From the NCBI GenBank assembly GCA_003021725.1, contig PXRA01000065.1, positions 118 to 64,117 of the forward strand: 64,000 nt of DNA. Direction: 5' to 3'. Below, piece after piece: positions 10,039 through 20,275 of the stretch. The notes beneath the pieces are model-generated. The model did not search any database. It had not been told where the DNA came from and saw only the letters and a program-made list of their open reading frames with translations. Numbering within the stretch: the first letter of the stretch is position 1; every line of letters begins with the position of its first letter. The position numbers and the translations under genes were made by a program. The stretch comes from Halobacteriales archaeon QH_8_64_26 (GTDB lineage: Archaea > Halobacteriota > Halobacteria > Halobacteriales > Halococcaceae).

Positions 10039-11661
10039 CTATCCTTCCCCGACCATGCGCTCCTCGTCCTGCCACTCCTCCTGGCGGAGTTCGAACTTCT
10101 GTATCTTGCCCGTCGCCGTCGTCGGAAGTTCGGAAACGAACTCGACCCGGCGGACGATCTTGTAGCCCGCGAGGCGCTCGCGACAGAACTCCTCGATCCC
10201 CTCGACGGTGACGCCCGGATCGTCGGGATCACCGCTTGCGGGGACGACGTAGGCTTTGGGCGTCTCGCCCCACTCCTCGGAGGGTGAGGGGATCACGGCG
10301 ACGTCGGTTATCTCGGGGTGCTCGAAGAGGGTGTCTTCGAGTTCGAGACTGGAGATGTTCTCCCCGCCGGAGATGATGATGTCCTTTTTGCGATCCTGAA
10401 TCGAGAGCATCCCCCGCTCGTCGACTGTTGCGAGATCACCGGTGTGATAATAGCCCTCGATCCGATCCGAAAAAGCCTCCTCGGTGGCTTCGGGTTTCTC
10501 CCAGTAGCCGTCCATGACCTGGTTGCCACGGACGACGATCTCGCCGATCGAGGCGTCGTCGGCCGGCACGTCCCCACCGTTCTCGTCGACAACGCGGATC
10601 TCCGTACCCAGATACCCGAGGCCCTGTCGTTTCTTGACTGCGAAGCGATCGGGATCGTCCTCGGCGAAATACCGTCGGGCGTCCGATGTCGTGATGAGCG
10701 GGCCGGTCTCGGTCGCGCCATACACGTGTTTGAGCCGCCAGTCAAAGTCGTTTTCGAGCGTGCGGATGGTCGCCTCCGGCGGGGCGGCTCCCGCGGTCGC
10801 CGCCCGGAGGTCGTTCGCGCCGGTTGTTTCGGGCTCGTGTTCGGCGTGGTAGTCGGTGAGCGATTTGAGAACCGTCGGCGCGGCACAGAAATACGAGACG
10901 TCCTCGGCGGGGATCGCTTCGAAGATCGTCTCGGCCTTCGCGCCGCGAGTGCAGACGTGTTTCGCGCCCATACCGGTGATCGCGAAGATATGCCCCCAGC
11001 CATTGACGTGGAACATCGGCAGCGTCCAGAGGTAGACGTCGTCGTCGCGGATCTCCTGGTGGGCACAGGCCAAGTAGGCATGAATCGACTCGCACCGATG
11101 GGTCCGACAGACGCCCTTCGGGTCGCCGGTCGTCCCGGAGGTGTAGTTAATGGTAATGATCTCGTCTTCGTCCATTTCCGGGCGGTCGTAGTCGGCGTCG
11201 ATATCGAGGAAGTCCTCGGCGTCGATCCACTCGCTTCCCTCCTCGCTATCGACCGCCGAGGGATCGTCGGTCACGAACAGGTCGGTCGGCACCCCATCGC
11301 GGATGGGTTCGATCTTCCCGGTGTACTCGCTGTCGGCAAAAATGGCGTCTACGCCTGCATCATTCAAAATGTACTCGAAGTCGTCGGGCACGAGACGGTA
11401 GTTGAGCGGCGTGTGGATCGCTCCGAGCTGCGTGATGCCATACGCCGCTTCGAGGTGGTAGTGGGTGTTCGGATCGAGAACCGCGACCCGATCGCCCTTC
11501 TCGATGCCGTGTGCCTGTAGGGCGGCGGCGAAGCGATCGGCCCGGTCGCCGAACTCCGCGTAGGTGTATCGCTCCCCGGTCGTCGCGACGACGGCTTCCT
11601 CCTCGCCGTAGTGCCTACGCGCCCGATCGAGGAAATCGGTAACGAGCAACGGTTTGTGCAT
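10039..11661 (-). CDS. AMP-dependent acyl-CoA synthetase/ligase
   Basis: YTSGTTGDPKGV AMP-binding motif, YHTGD, and the ...GKIQKFELR C-terminal motif. Confidence 0.9.
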   Translation of the reverse strand: MHKPLLVTDFLDRARRHYGEEEAVVATTGERYTYAEFGDRADRFAAALQAHGIEKGDRVAVLDPNTHYHLEAAYGITQLGAIHTPLNYRLVPDDFEYILNDAGVDAIFADSEYTGKIEPIRDGVPTDLFVTDDPSAVDSEEGSEWIDAEDFLDIDADYDRPEMDEDEIITINYTSGTTGDPKGVCRTHRCESIHAYLACAHQEIRDDDVYLWTLPMFHVNGWGHIFAITGMGAKHVCTRGAKAETIFEAIPAEDVSYFCAAPTVLKSLTDYHAEHEPETTGANDLRAATAGAAPPEATIRTLENDFDWRLKHVYGATETGPLITTSDARRYFAEDDPDRFAVKKRQGLGYLGTEIRVVDENGGDVPADDASIGEIVVRGNQVMDGYWEKPEATEEAFSDRIEGYYHTGDLATVDERGMLSIQDRKKDIIISGGENISSLELEDTLFEHPEITDVAVIPSPSEEWGETPKAYVVPASGDPDDPGVTVEGIEEFCRERLAGYKIVRRVEFVSELPTTATGKIQKFELRQEEWQDEERMVGEG

Positions 11662-11901
11662 ACGAGTCGATCCACACGGAAAACGATCATAGACCTTTCG
11701 CTACCGGCCTCCCCACGGCCGGTTCGGTCGACGTTCTACCGGAGTCGAAGCGGGGCTGGCGAGCTATGGGTCCGAAGAGCCTTGTCGGCGCAGGGCGTCC
11801 GGCCGCCCGATGACCGTCGGTTCGTCGGCGTTCGGGCCGTCTCGGGCGAGTAACCCCTCGATTCCCGGAAGTATACGCGAGCAATCTCCCTGGAGACAAC
11901 G

Positions 11902-12117
11902 GTGAGCGCGATCGAACGGCTCCGGGAGATCCTCGCCGAGCACGGCCGCGGGCTGGCGACCGATTTCGTCTTCGCGGTCGTCTGGGTCACGCTCGTCGAG
12001 GCGTTTTTCACCCTCGTCGAGGGGCCACAGTGGGCCTATTACCTGTTCATGCTCGCGGGCGTCATCGCCTATTTCGGCTTTTTCGCCAGCGTGGAGCAAG
12101 CGACCGAGGAGGAGTGA
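11902..12117 (+). CDS. small membrane protein
   Basis: 71-aa ORF with a GTG start and two TM helices (FVFAVVWVTLVEAFF, YYLFMLAGVIAYFGFFA). Confidence 0.5.
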   Translation: MSAIERLREILAEHGRGLATDFVFAVVWVTLVEAFFTLVEGPQWAYYLFMLAGVIAYFGFFASVEQATEEE

Positions 12118-12185
12118 AGCCGAGCGAAGAGGCTGAAAACGATGGCCTGTCGTGAGAACCGATCGAATTCGACCCGGGACCGGTG

Positions 12186-12707
12186 TTACTCCGCGCCGGT
12201 CTCGGTCTGGGGTTCGGTCTCCGATTCGGAATCGGGATCGGCGTCAGTTTCGGTCTCTCGGATGTCGACGACCAGTACTGGGACGGTCGTCGTCCGGAGC
12301 GTCCGCTCGGCGACGCTCCCTAGCAATGTGCGCTTGATACCACCACGACCGTGTGAGCCCATCACGACGAGGTCGATGTCATTACTAGCGGCGTAATCGG
12401 CGATCATCGAGTGCGGTCGACCGCCCGAGACGTGCTCGATCGCCTCCAGGCCCTGCTCGCGAGCCCGGTCGGCGACGTAGCCGGTGGCCTTCTCGGCGCG
12501 ATCCCTGACCGCGTCCATCTCCTCGTACTGGCCCTGCTGGAGGCGATCGACTTGTTCGGCGCCCATACTGAGGCTCATCGAGTCGGTATCGACCACGTAC
12601 AGCGTATGGATCTCGGCGCCGTACTGCTCGGCGATGTCGAGCGCGTGGGACACGGCGTTCTGTGCGACGTCGCTGCCATCGGTCGGAACGAGGATGCGTT
12701 CGTACAT
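12186..12707 (-). CDS. universal stress protein (UspA family)
   Basis: ILVPTDGSD at the N-terminus and VVMGSHGRGGIKRTLLGSVAE ATP-binding motif, plus an acidic tail. Confidence 0.9.
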   Translation of the reverse strand: MYERILVPTDGSDVAQNAVSHALDIAEQYGAEIHTLYVVDTDSMSLSMGAEQVDRLQQGQYEEMDAVRDRAEKATGYVADRAREQGLEAIEHVSGGRPHSMIADYAASNDIDLVVMGSHGRGGIKRTLLGSVAERTLRTTTVPVLVVDIRETETDADPDSESETEPQTETGAE

Positions 12708-12716
12708 GATAGGCTC

Positions 12717-14453
12717 TCAGTCGTCCGCCGGGCTTTGGCTCTCCCCGCCGTCGGTCGCGACGACGTCGTGAGCGGTCTGTTGCTGGCCCATCGGTTCGGG
12801 GCTGTGACACTGGCGGACGACCCGTTTGGTCTCCAGTGGCGGTTTTTTGGTTACCAGCGAGACGCCGATGGTGACCGCGAAGACGATAGGCATGGCGATC
12901 AACGCCGAACCGATCGCCGGCAGCCACTGTGCTAGGAAGGGGATGTACGGTTCCCCGTTAGCGATGTAGACTGGTAGGACCTCGTTCAGCATCGGAATGA
13001 ACCAGACGATCAAACCGGTGCTCATCCCGGCGAGCGCGCCCTGTCGATTGGTGTTTTCCCACCACATCCCGAGGAAGAACATCGGGAAGAGCACCGTGCC
13101 GGCCAGCGAGAAGGCATACGCGACCAGCGCCCCGATCGGCGCGGCCGGATCGAGTGCGGCCAGCGTCGTGATGATACCTAAGAGAATAATGGACAGGCGA
13201 CCGACCAGTACCTGTTGGCGCTGGGTCGCCTCGGGATTGATAATATTGGTGTAGATATCGTGTGAGATCGCCGAGGAGCCGGTGATAAAGAGGCCGGAGA
13301 CCGTCGCGATTGCCGCGGCGATCCCGCCCGCGGCGACGAAGCCGACGAACCACTGTGGCAGGTTCGCCAGCTGCGTTGCGAGTACGACGATGACGTCGCC
13401 CGCGGCACTACCCATCCCGGGGTCGCCGTACACTGCGCCGACGTTCTCCGCGTAGAGATCGGTACCGAAGGTCGCGAAGGCCGGGGCACCCCAGAACAGC
13501 AAACAGATGAAAAACAGGCCCCAAACGGTCGACCAGCGCGCCGTCCGTTCGCTCTCAACCGTATAGAAGCGGACGAGGACGTGTGGTAACCCACAGGTCC
13601 CGACGATGAGCGAGAAGGCCGTCGCGATCCAGAGGTAGTAACTCGCGCCCGCGAAGGGCTGGCTGAACTCGCTACTGAGCGTGCCGATCAGCTGTCCGTA
13701 CTCGATCTGTGGAAGGACGGTCGAGTACCCCTGGGTGATGCCGACCGCATAGAGGCCGGTCAAGAAGGCGACGATAAGGATGCCGTACTGAACGGCCTGG
13801 TTCTTCGTCGCGCCGAGCATCCCCGAGAGGGTGAGGTAGCCGACCGTGATCGTCATCATGAACACGACCATCGACTGGTAGCCACTGAGACCCGGCAGCG
13901 CGATGTCACCGAAGATATACAGGCCGACGAGCCCCATCCCGCGGGCGTTGCCGATCGCGTAGACGAAGGCGATGAGAAAGGTCGTGATCGCCGCGATGGC
14001 CCGGGCGGCATCCGAGTTGAAGCGATCGCCGACGAAGTCGGGTGCGGTGTACTTCCCGAACCGACGCATTTGGGCGGCCAGGAAGATGAGCAGGATGAAA
14101 TAGCCCGTCGTCCAGCCGATGACGAAGGCCAGTCCGTAAAAGCCCGACAGCGCGATAAGTGCCGCCAGCCCGAGATAGGACGCGGCTGACATCCAGTTCG
14201 CACCGATCGCCATGCCGTTCTCCAAGTTGCCGATCGAGCGACCGGCGACCCACATGTTCTCCGAGTCGGCCACCCGGAAGACGAAGCCGATAGCTAAGAA
14301 CAACAGCAACATCCCCAGAACGATGATCGCCGGGAGAAGCTTGAAGGAGACGTCGAGTCCTTCGGGAAGCAGCCCGGTATCGGCCTGGAGGAAGACGCCG
14401 ATCGCTCCGGGGTCAAGCGCCCCCAGCGTGCTGAGTGCAGCGGCGGCGCTCAT
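12717..14453 (-). CDS. sodium:solute symporter family permease (ActP/VC_2705-like, candidate acetate/carboxylate symporter)
   Basis: 578 aa with about 13 TM helices and SSS-like composition. Its ATG overlaps the stop of the upstream DUF4212 gene (ATGA at 14450..14453). Confidence 0.85.
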   Translation of the reverse strand: MSAAAALSTLGALDPGAIGVFLQADTGLLPEGLDVSFKLLPAIIVLGMLLLFLAIGFVFRVADSENMWVAGRSIGNLENGMAIGANWMSAASYLGLAALIALSGFYGLAFVIGWTTGYFILLIFLAAQMRRFGKYTAPDFVGDRFNSDAARAIAAITTFLIAFVYAIGNARGMGLVGLYIFGDIALPGLSGYQSMVVFMMTITVGYLTLSGMLGATKNQAVQYGILIVAFLTGLYAVGITQGYSTVLPQIEYGQLIGTLSSEFSQPFAGASYYLWIATAFSLIVGTCGLPHVLVRFYTVESERTARWSTVWGLFFICLLFWGAPAFATFGTDLYAENVGAVYGDPGMGSAAGDVIVVLATQLANLPQWFVGFVAAGGIAAAIATVSGLFITGSSAISHDIYTNIINPEATQRQQVLVGRLSIILLGIITTLAALDPAAPIGALVAYAFSLAGTVLFPMFFLGMWWENTNRQGALAGMSTGLIVWFIPMLNEVLPVYIANGEPYIPFLAQWLPAIGSALIAMPIVFAVTIGVSLVTKKPPLETKRVVRQCHSPEPMGQQQTAHDVVATDGGESQSPADD

Positions 14454-14965
14454 TCGTCCACCCCGCCGTCGGTCACGGCGGTCTCTTCGGCGTCCTCGGA
14501 GCTCTCACTGCTCTCGGTTCGGTCCTCGGTAGTGGTGTGCTCGATACCGTATTTCGTATCGAGCGCGTCGCGCTTGCGGGCGTACCACAGCGCCAGCAGC
14601 AGCGCACCGGTCGGCCCTCCGAAGGCGACGAGGAAGTAATGCAATGGGAAGCCGATCAGCGGCATCTGGGTCGTCATCGCGCCGGGCGCGATCGCCGTTA
14701 GCGTCACCGGACCGAAGACGATGATCGCCCAGACAATAAATCCCGTCCAGACCAACCGGAGGTGATCACGCATGAACGGCGTGCTCGGCCGCAGCAGGTT
14801 CACCTCCGAGTCGAGATAGTCGGTATCGCGGTGGTCCCGGGAGGCGTCCGTGGCTCCCGCCGTAGCCGTGCCGCCATCCGGTTCGGCTCTCCCGCCGTCG
14901 GTTCGGACGGGTGCTTGTCCGTCCGTGCTGTGCTCCGCTCGATCGGTGTGAGTGTCTTCGTTCAT
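14450..14965 (-). CDS. DUF4212-type small subunit of solute:sodium symporter
   Basis: LRLVWTGFIVWAIIVFGP...IGFPLHYFLVAFGGPTGALLLALWYARKRDALD resembles DUF4212. It is translationally coupled to the SSS permease. Confidence 0.8.
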   Translation of the reverse strand: MNEDTHTDRAEHSTDGQAPVRTDGGRAEPDGGTATAGATDASRDHRDTDYLDSEVNLLRPSTPFMRDHLRLVWTGFIVWAIIVFGPVTLTAIAPGAMTTQMPLIGFPLHYFLVAFGGPTGALLLALWYARKRDALDTKYGIEHTTTEDRTESSESSEDAEETAVTDGGVDE

Positions 14966-15534
14966 TCGTCTTGGGTTCCGTTCGTCGTGTGCGGTGTCGT
15001 CGGTGGTCCTCGGTGTGGTATTACTTCGCGAGACTCGACCGGAGATCGAACCGCCCGAACCGCCGGCGCGGCCGATCCGTACCGACGCTCGGCCAGTCCC
15101 CTCCGACCCGTGGCCTTGTATTCCTGGCAGGCAGTCGTCGATCGGTGATCGTTCACGATGCGATCGGCCCGGTGACCGGTTTCAGCGGTGACGGGCGAGG
15201 GGCCGAACGACCTCTTCGAGATCAGGTCGGTTACACACCGCGTGCCATCGAGACGAGTTCGTAGGCATTATGGTATCGTGTTTCGCGCTGGATCACGCCA
15301 TGCTACCATCGCATCTCCCGTGTTCGTTCATAATTATTGCGGTCGCACATTCCCTGCGGTGATACCCCTGTCTCGATCGAAGAGGGTCGAGCGGCAAGCG
15401 GCCGTCTCGTAGCCAGCGACCGGCCGGTCTCGAAGCGGTCGATCGGGCGAGCCGGCCATGGGCGAACCGCGAGACCGGTAGACCTTGGCGCCCTGAAGGC
15501 CAACGAACCGGGGGAGCGATCGAAGGGGCGACGC

Positions 15535-16317
15535 TTACCCGTAGACATCCTCGATAGCGGCTGCGACGTCCGGCGGGGTCGATCGGCCGACGGTCGTCCG
15601 GCGGTGACGGCCGTTCTCGAAGTAGACGATGGCGGGCGCGGCGTCGACGTCGTGAGTGCTACAGAACTCCCGCGCCCGATCGCCGTCGATACCAGCGACC
15701 GCGGCCTCCTCGGGAACGGTATCAAGAACCGCGTCCAGATCGTCTTTTATCGCCTCACAGGGAGCACAGCGACGCGCCCACACGGTGAGGATAGCCCGGT
15801 CGTGAGTCCGGACGAAGGGCCCGAACGTCTCGTCGTCGAGTAACTCCAAGCGGTCGGGCACCGGTGTCTCGGGTTCGAGGTCGGCGACGACGACGGCCAT
15901 CCGGGTCAGCGTCTCAGGGTCGTAGCCACCCTCGAGCGCGGAGCGAAGCGAGAGGTACGCGGCGAGCTGTTCGCGGGTAACGGCGAGGTCCTCGATCCGA
16001 CCGGCGGCGAGTTCGGTCGAGTCGAGAGCGAAGACCTCGGCGACCGAGGCGACGAACTCCTCCCGGGGCACCGAGAGGTACGTATCGAGATAGACGCTGT
16101 AGGTGTCCTCGAAGCCAGCGGTCGTCGTCACCGCGCCGGTCCGGTCGTCGATCGCGAGGACCTCCTCGTCGAGCAGGGTCTCGAGGAGCTCCTCGGGCGT
16201 GGCGTTGGCCTCCGAGGCATCCCGGTCGGGGTTCCACTCGTCGGTCTCGTCGGTCCCCTCGGTGGTAGCGGAGTCGTCGGTGACGTCGAGAGTATCGGTT
16301 TCGTCGTGGTCGTCCAT
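15535..16317 (-). CDS. thioredoxin-domain protein with acidic N-terminal domain
   Basis: WARRCAPCEAIKDDLD contains a CxxC thioredoxin active site in the C-terminal ~100 aa. Confidence 0.8.
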   Translation of the reverse strand: MDDHDETDTLDVTDDSATTEGTDETDEWNPDRDASEANATPEELLETLLDEEVLAIDDRTGAVTTTAGFEDTYSVYLDTYLSVPREEFVASVAEVFALDSTELAAGRIEDLAVTREQLAAYLSLRSALEGGYDPETLTRMAVVVADLEPETPVPDRLELLDDETFGPFVRTHDRAILTVWARRCAPCEAIKDDLDAVLDTVPEEAAVAGIDGDRAREFCSTHDVDAAPAIVYFENGRHRRTTVGRSTPPDVAAAIEDVYG

Positions 16318-16325
16318 ATATGGGT

Positions 16326-17069
16326 TTAGACGCCGAGGTATCGCTCGCGAGTTTCCTCGTCCTCTCGGAGTTCCTCGGCTTCCCCCTCGAAGACGATCTC
16401 ACCTTGGTCGATCACGTAACACCGGTCGGCGATACCGATCGCCGCAACGGCGTTCTGCTCGACTAACAGCAAGGTAGTCCCCGAGTCGCTGATGCGCTCG
16501 ATCGCGCTCTCGACCGCTTCGATGATCTGTGGGGCCAGCCCTTCGTAGGGTTCGTCGAGCATGAGCAATCGGGTGTTCTGCTTGAGCGCGCGCCCGATCG
16601 CGAGCATCTGCTGTTCGCCACCGGATAAGGTGCCGGCCTTCTGGGAGTCGCGCTCTTCGAGCCGCGGGAAGAAGTCGAACACCTCCTCGGTACTCATCCC
16701 GCTTCGCTCGACGCTCACCGACCGACCGATCGTGTTCGACCGATTGCGGGCGACGTCGGCGAGATGGAGGTTCTCCGCGACGGTTAGATCCGAGAAGATG
16801 CGTCGTTCCTCGGGAACGAGCGAGATCCCGCTCATCGAGACGTCCTCGCTGTCGCGTCCAGTGACGCCCGTCCCATCGAAAGTGATCGTCCCGTCCCGAA
16901 CCGTCGGCGGTTTCGCGCCGACGATCGAGCGCAGCGTCGTGGTTTTTCCCGCCCCGTTGCGGCCAAGCAACGCACAGACTTCCCCGTCCTCGACTGCCAT
17001 CGAGAGGTCCCGGAGGATGTGGCTCTCGCCGTAGTACGCATCGACGTCTTCGAGCGTCAGCAGGCTCAC
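16326..17069 (-). CDS. livF: branched-chain amino acid-type ABC transporter ATP-binding protein (LivF-like)
   Basis: GRNGAGKTT Walker A, LSGGEQQMLAIGRAL signature and LLMLDEP Walker B. Confidence 0.9.
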   Translation of the reverse strand: MSLLTLEDVDAYYGESHILRDLSMAVEDGEVCALLGRNGAGKTTTLRSIVGAKPPTVRDGTITFDGTGVTGRDSEDVSMSGISLVPEERRIFSDLTVAENLHLADVARNRSNTIGRSVSVERSGMSTEEVFDFFPRLEERDSQKAGTLSGGEQQMLAIGRALKQNTRLLMLDEPYEGLAPQIIEAVESAIERISDSGTTLLLVEQNAVAAIGIADRCYVIDQGEIVFEGEAEELREDEETRERYLGV

Positions 17070-17824
17070 AGCTCGACACCCCCGAGATAGGCCTCCTGGA
17101 CGTCCGGATCGTCCTGGATCTCCCCGGGCGTGCCCTCCGCGATGACCCGGCCACGATTGAGGACGACGATACGATCGGAGAAGTCGAAGACGATCTCCAT
17201 GTCGTGTTCGATCAATACGAGCGTCAGTCCGAGGTCCTCCTGCACCTCATCGATGAGCGAAACGGTCGCGTTCGTCTCCTCGGGGCTCATGCCCGCGGTC
17301 GGTTCGTCCATGAGGAGGAGATCGGGTTCGCTCGCCAGCGCGATACCGATCTCCAAGCGTCGCTTGTCACCGTAGGGAAGCGCGCTCGCCTCCATGTCGC
17401 GCTGCTCCCAGAGGGAGACCGCCTCTAAGGTCCGGCGGGTCGCCTCGCTCACCCCACCGTATCGGTTTCGGTGTCGGAAGAAATTCAACCGGAACGAACC
17501 GTGCTCGGCACCGAGGGCGGCGATCTCGGCGTTCTCCTCGACCGTGAGTTCGGGGAAGATCGAGGCGGTCTGGAAGGACTTGCTGATCCCGCGTTGGACG
17601 ACCTCGTGGGGCTCGGTCTGGAGTATCGATTCGTTCTTGAAAACGATGTCGCCCTCGCTCGGGTCGAGCAGGCGGGTGATCTGGTTGATCAGCGTCGTCT
17701 TGCCCGCCCCGTTGGGCCCGATGACGCTCACCCGTTCGCCCTCCTCGATCGCGAGATCGACGTCGTCGGTCGCGGTGAGACCGCCGAACCGCTTGGTCAA
17801 CCCCTGGGTTTCGAGCAGCGCCAT
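17066..17824 (-). CDS. livG: branched-chain amino acid-type ABC transporter ATP-binding protein (LivG-like)
   Basis: The internal ATG at 17824 (MALLETQGLTKRFGG) overlaps the livM stop (ATGA). Motifs: GPNGAGKTT, LLLMDEP. Confidence 0.9.
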   Translation of the reverse strand: MALLETQGLTKRFGGLTATDDVDLAIEEGERVSVIGPNGAGKTTLINQITRLLDPSEGDIVFKNESILQTEPHEVVQRGISKSFQTASIFPELTVEENAEIAALGAEHGSFRLNFFRHRNRYGGVSEATRRTLEAVSLWEQRDMEASALPYGDKRRLEIGIALASEPDLLLMDEPTAGMSPEETNATVSLIDEVQEDLGLTLVLIEHDMEIVFDFSDRIVVLNRGRVIAEGTPGEIQDDPDVQEAYLGGVEL

Positions 17825-19020
17825 CAGCGCTCCTCCAGGCGCGTCGCGACGCGATCGCGGAGATCGCCGACGAGCCCCCAGATCCCTTCGGGGAAGAGGA
17901 CGACGACGGTGACGAACACGAGACCGAGGACGAGCAGCCAGTAGGGCGCGATCCAATCGAAGGGATACCCCCCGCTGACGATGTACTCGACCCAGAGGTA
18001 GATCCCCGCCCCGAACAGCGGCCCGAGTAGCGACCCGACGCCGCCGAGCACCGTCATGATGACGACCTCGCCGCTGGTCTGCCAGTACAGCGAACTCAAC
18101 GGGACGTACTGACCGTGGATCGTGAACAAGGCACCGGCCAGTCCCGCGAAGGTCCCGGAGAGAACGAACGCCGCTAACTTGTAGCGCCAGACGTTGAACC
18201 CGACGAACTCCGCGCGCTGTTCGTTCTCGCGGATGGCCTGGAAGACGATTCCATAGGGTGAGTTCAGTATCCGGTAGATGGCTGTCACGCTCAGCACGAG
18301 AAAGGCGCCGATGAAGGCATAGCGCCACGTCCCTAATAGGGTGCCGGCGACCGAGGGTAACTCGGTGCCGAGATCGAACACCCCTAGTAGCGAGCCGATC
18401 TCGACGCCGGTGAGCCCGTTGTCCCCGCCCGTAATGAACGCGAGAGGGGCCGAAGCCATGTAGTAGATCATCTGTGCGAACGCCAGCGTGAGGATGGCGA
18501 AGTAGATCCCGCCCCGCCGCAACGAGAGCCAGCCGAGCACCACTGAAAGGAAAACGGCGGTAACCACGCCGATCGCGACCAGCAGTAGCGGAAAGGTCGT
18601 GATATTGGCGCTGGCCCAGCCGGCCGCGTAAGCCCCCGTCCCCCAGAGGGCGGCGTGCCCGAAGGAAAGGAGTCCCGTGCGGCCGAGTAGGATGTCGAAC
18701 CCGATAGCGAAGATGCCCCAGACGAGCATCAACGAGGCCAGTTCCTGGTAGCCTTGCAGCAGGTCGCTCACCACCGGCGCCCGTGCGAACAGGTAGGGGA
18801 AGAGAGAAACACCGACGATCGTCAACCCGATAACCGTGAGTTCCCGATCGCGAGCGCTCTCCCAGCGTGCCTGGAGCGAGGCGACCGTACTGGCACTCGA
18901 AGCACCGCCGAGCGTCTCCCCGCCGTCAGCTTCCGTCTCGGTAGTATCGGCCGCGTCGGCGGTGTCGACGGTGGTGGCCGTCTCGGTCCTATCGGCCGGG
19001 TTCGCGCTCTCGTCGCTCAC
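17824..19020 (-). CDS. livM: branched-chain amino acid-type ABC permease (LivM-like)
   Basis: Multi-TM permease with an acidic N-terminal extension. Sits in the operon with livG/F/H. Confidence 0.85.
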   Translation of the reverse strand: MSDESANPADRTETATTVDTADAADTTETEADGGETLGGASSASTVASLQARWESARDRELTVIGLTIVGVSLFPYLFARAPVVSDLLQGYQELASLMLVWGIFAIGFDILLGRTGLLSFGHAALWGTGAYAAGWASANITTFPLLLVAIGVVTAVFLSVVLGWLSLRRGGIYFAILTLAFAQMIYYMASAPLAFITGGDNGLTGVEIGSLLGVFDLGTELPSVAGTLLGTWRYAFIGAFLVLSVTAIYRILNSPYGIVFQAIRENEQRAEFVGFNVWRYKLAAFVLSGTFAGLAGALFTIHGQYVPLSSLYWQTSGEVVIMTVLGGVGSLLGPLFGAGIYLWVEYIVSGGYPFDWIAPYWLLVLGLVFVTVVVLFPEGIWGLVGDLRDRVATRLEER

Positions 19021-19141
19021 GCAGTTTCACCCCCTGCTTTCCGCATACACGCCCCGCAGGGCATATGTGCTAATAAACGATGGGGGATGGCCGGTTCCCG
19101 GGTCGCCCGGGTCGCGTTCGAAGGCAGCGTCGGTACCGGGA

Positions 19142-20113
19142 TCACGAGACGTCCACCTCGCTGCCGAACAGTCCCTGGGGACGGACCAGGAGGATAATCG
19201 CGGCGATCGCGTAGATACCGACCTGCGACCAGGGAGCGAACCCGTAATCGATGCCGAGCGAAGGGATCACGAGGCTCCACTGGATCAGAAACGATTCGGT
19301 GATGCCGAGCAGTAATCCGCCGACGACCGCACCCCGAACGCTGCCGAGGCCGCCGATCACGACGGTGATAAACGCCGGCACCAGGATGTCGGTGCCGACC
19401 GTCGGGTTGACGACGCTCAGTGGGCCGCCGACGACGCCGGCGACGCCCGCAAGTGCCGCCCCGATGCCGAAGACGGCGATGTAGGGCCGGGTAATCCGAA
19501 TGCCGAGCAACTGAACCATCTCCGCGTCCTGGGTGCCCGCCCGTACCACCAGCCCGAAGTCGGTGAACTCGATCAGCCCGTAGACGATCATCACCAGCAC
19601 GGCCGTGATACCGATCACCCACAGTCGCCACTGAGGAAACCCACCGACGAGGGGCAATGCGACCGGCCCCGCCGCCCAGCCCGGTTGGGCGAAGTTCTGG
19701 CTGTTGCCACCGAAGAGGATCCGGACTACCTGCTGGACGACGATCGCGAGCCCGAAGGTAAAGAGGATCTGGTCGGTATCGGGCCGGTCATAAAACGGCC
19801 GTGCGACGAACCGTTCCATCGCGATGCCGAGAACGAAGACGATGAGCGGAACGAGGAGCAGTGCAGCCAAAAAGCCCCAATCGAGCCCGAGCGTGCTGAG
19901 CCCGTACTCCGCGAGTTGTCCCTGTGAAAAGTCCGTCTGCTGGGAAATCAGGATTCCGGCATAGAGGCCGAGGAGGTACAACGCGCCGTGGGCGAAGTTC
20001 ACGAATTTGAGCGTGCCGAGAATGATCGACAGTCCCATCGCCAACAGCACGTAGATCGCTCCGGTCTGGAGCCCGTTGAGGAGAACACGTGCTGTCTCGG
20101 TGAGGAGACTCAT
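19142..20113 (-). CDS. livH: branched-chain amino acid-type ABC permease (LivH-like)
   Basis: The ATG at 20113 gives MSLLTETARVLLNGLQTGAIYVLLAMGLSIILG, a typical LivH N-terminus. Confidence 0.85.
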   Translation of the reverse strand: MSLLTETARVLLNGLQTGAIYVLLAMGLSIILGTLKFVNFAHGALYLLGLYAGILISQQTDFSQGQLAEYGLSTLGLDWGFLAALLLVPLIVFVLGIAMERFVARPFYDRPDTDQILFTFGLAIVVQQVVRILFGGNSQNFAQPGWAAGPVALPLVGGFPQWRLWVIGITAVLVMIVYGLIEFTDFGLVVRAGTQDAEMVQLLGIRITRPYIAVFGIGAALAGVAGVVGGPLSVVNPTVGTDILVPAFITVVIGGLGSVRGAVVGGLLLGITESFLIQWSLVIPSLGIDYGFAPWSQVGIYAIAAIILLVRPQGLFGSEVDVS

Positions 20114-20275
20114 CGGGGTCTCACCGTTCGGTTCCAGCGAGCAACGCCGGGGCACCGCTCGCCGTGGTTCGTTTCGACTGCGTCTACTCCGCTCATATCG
20201 TGTCGCGTCGAGTCATATGATTTCGTTCGATCGTCACCGTCGTGTCCGTGTTCGAATCGGTCGAGAGCCGGTCGA

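Noticed and set aside
9191-10075. 294-aa and 243-aa minus-strand ORFs opposite the HhH protein.
   Set aside because: S/P/R-rich mirror of a D/E/T/G low-complexity coding region.
17825-18328. N-terminal extensions of track ORFs (livG to 18328, TenA-2 to 44529, FAH to 30102, OCD to 55364, aroD to 59670, permease to 48499).
   Set aside because: The extensions overlap the upstream gene or are R-rich. Internal ATGs give family-typical N-termini, several with ATGA stop/start overlaps.
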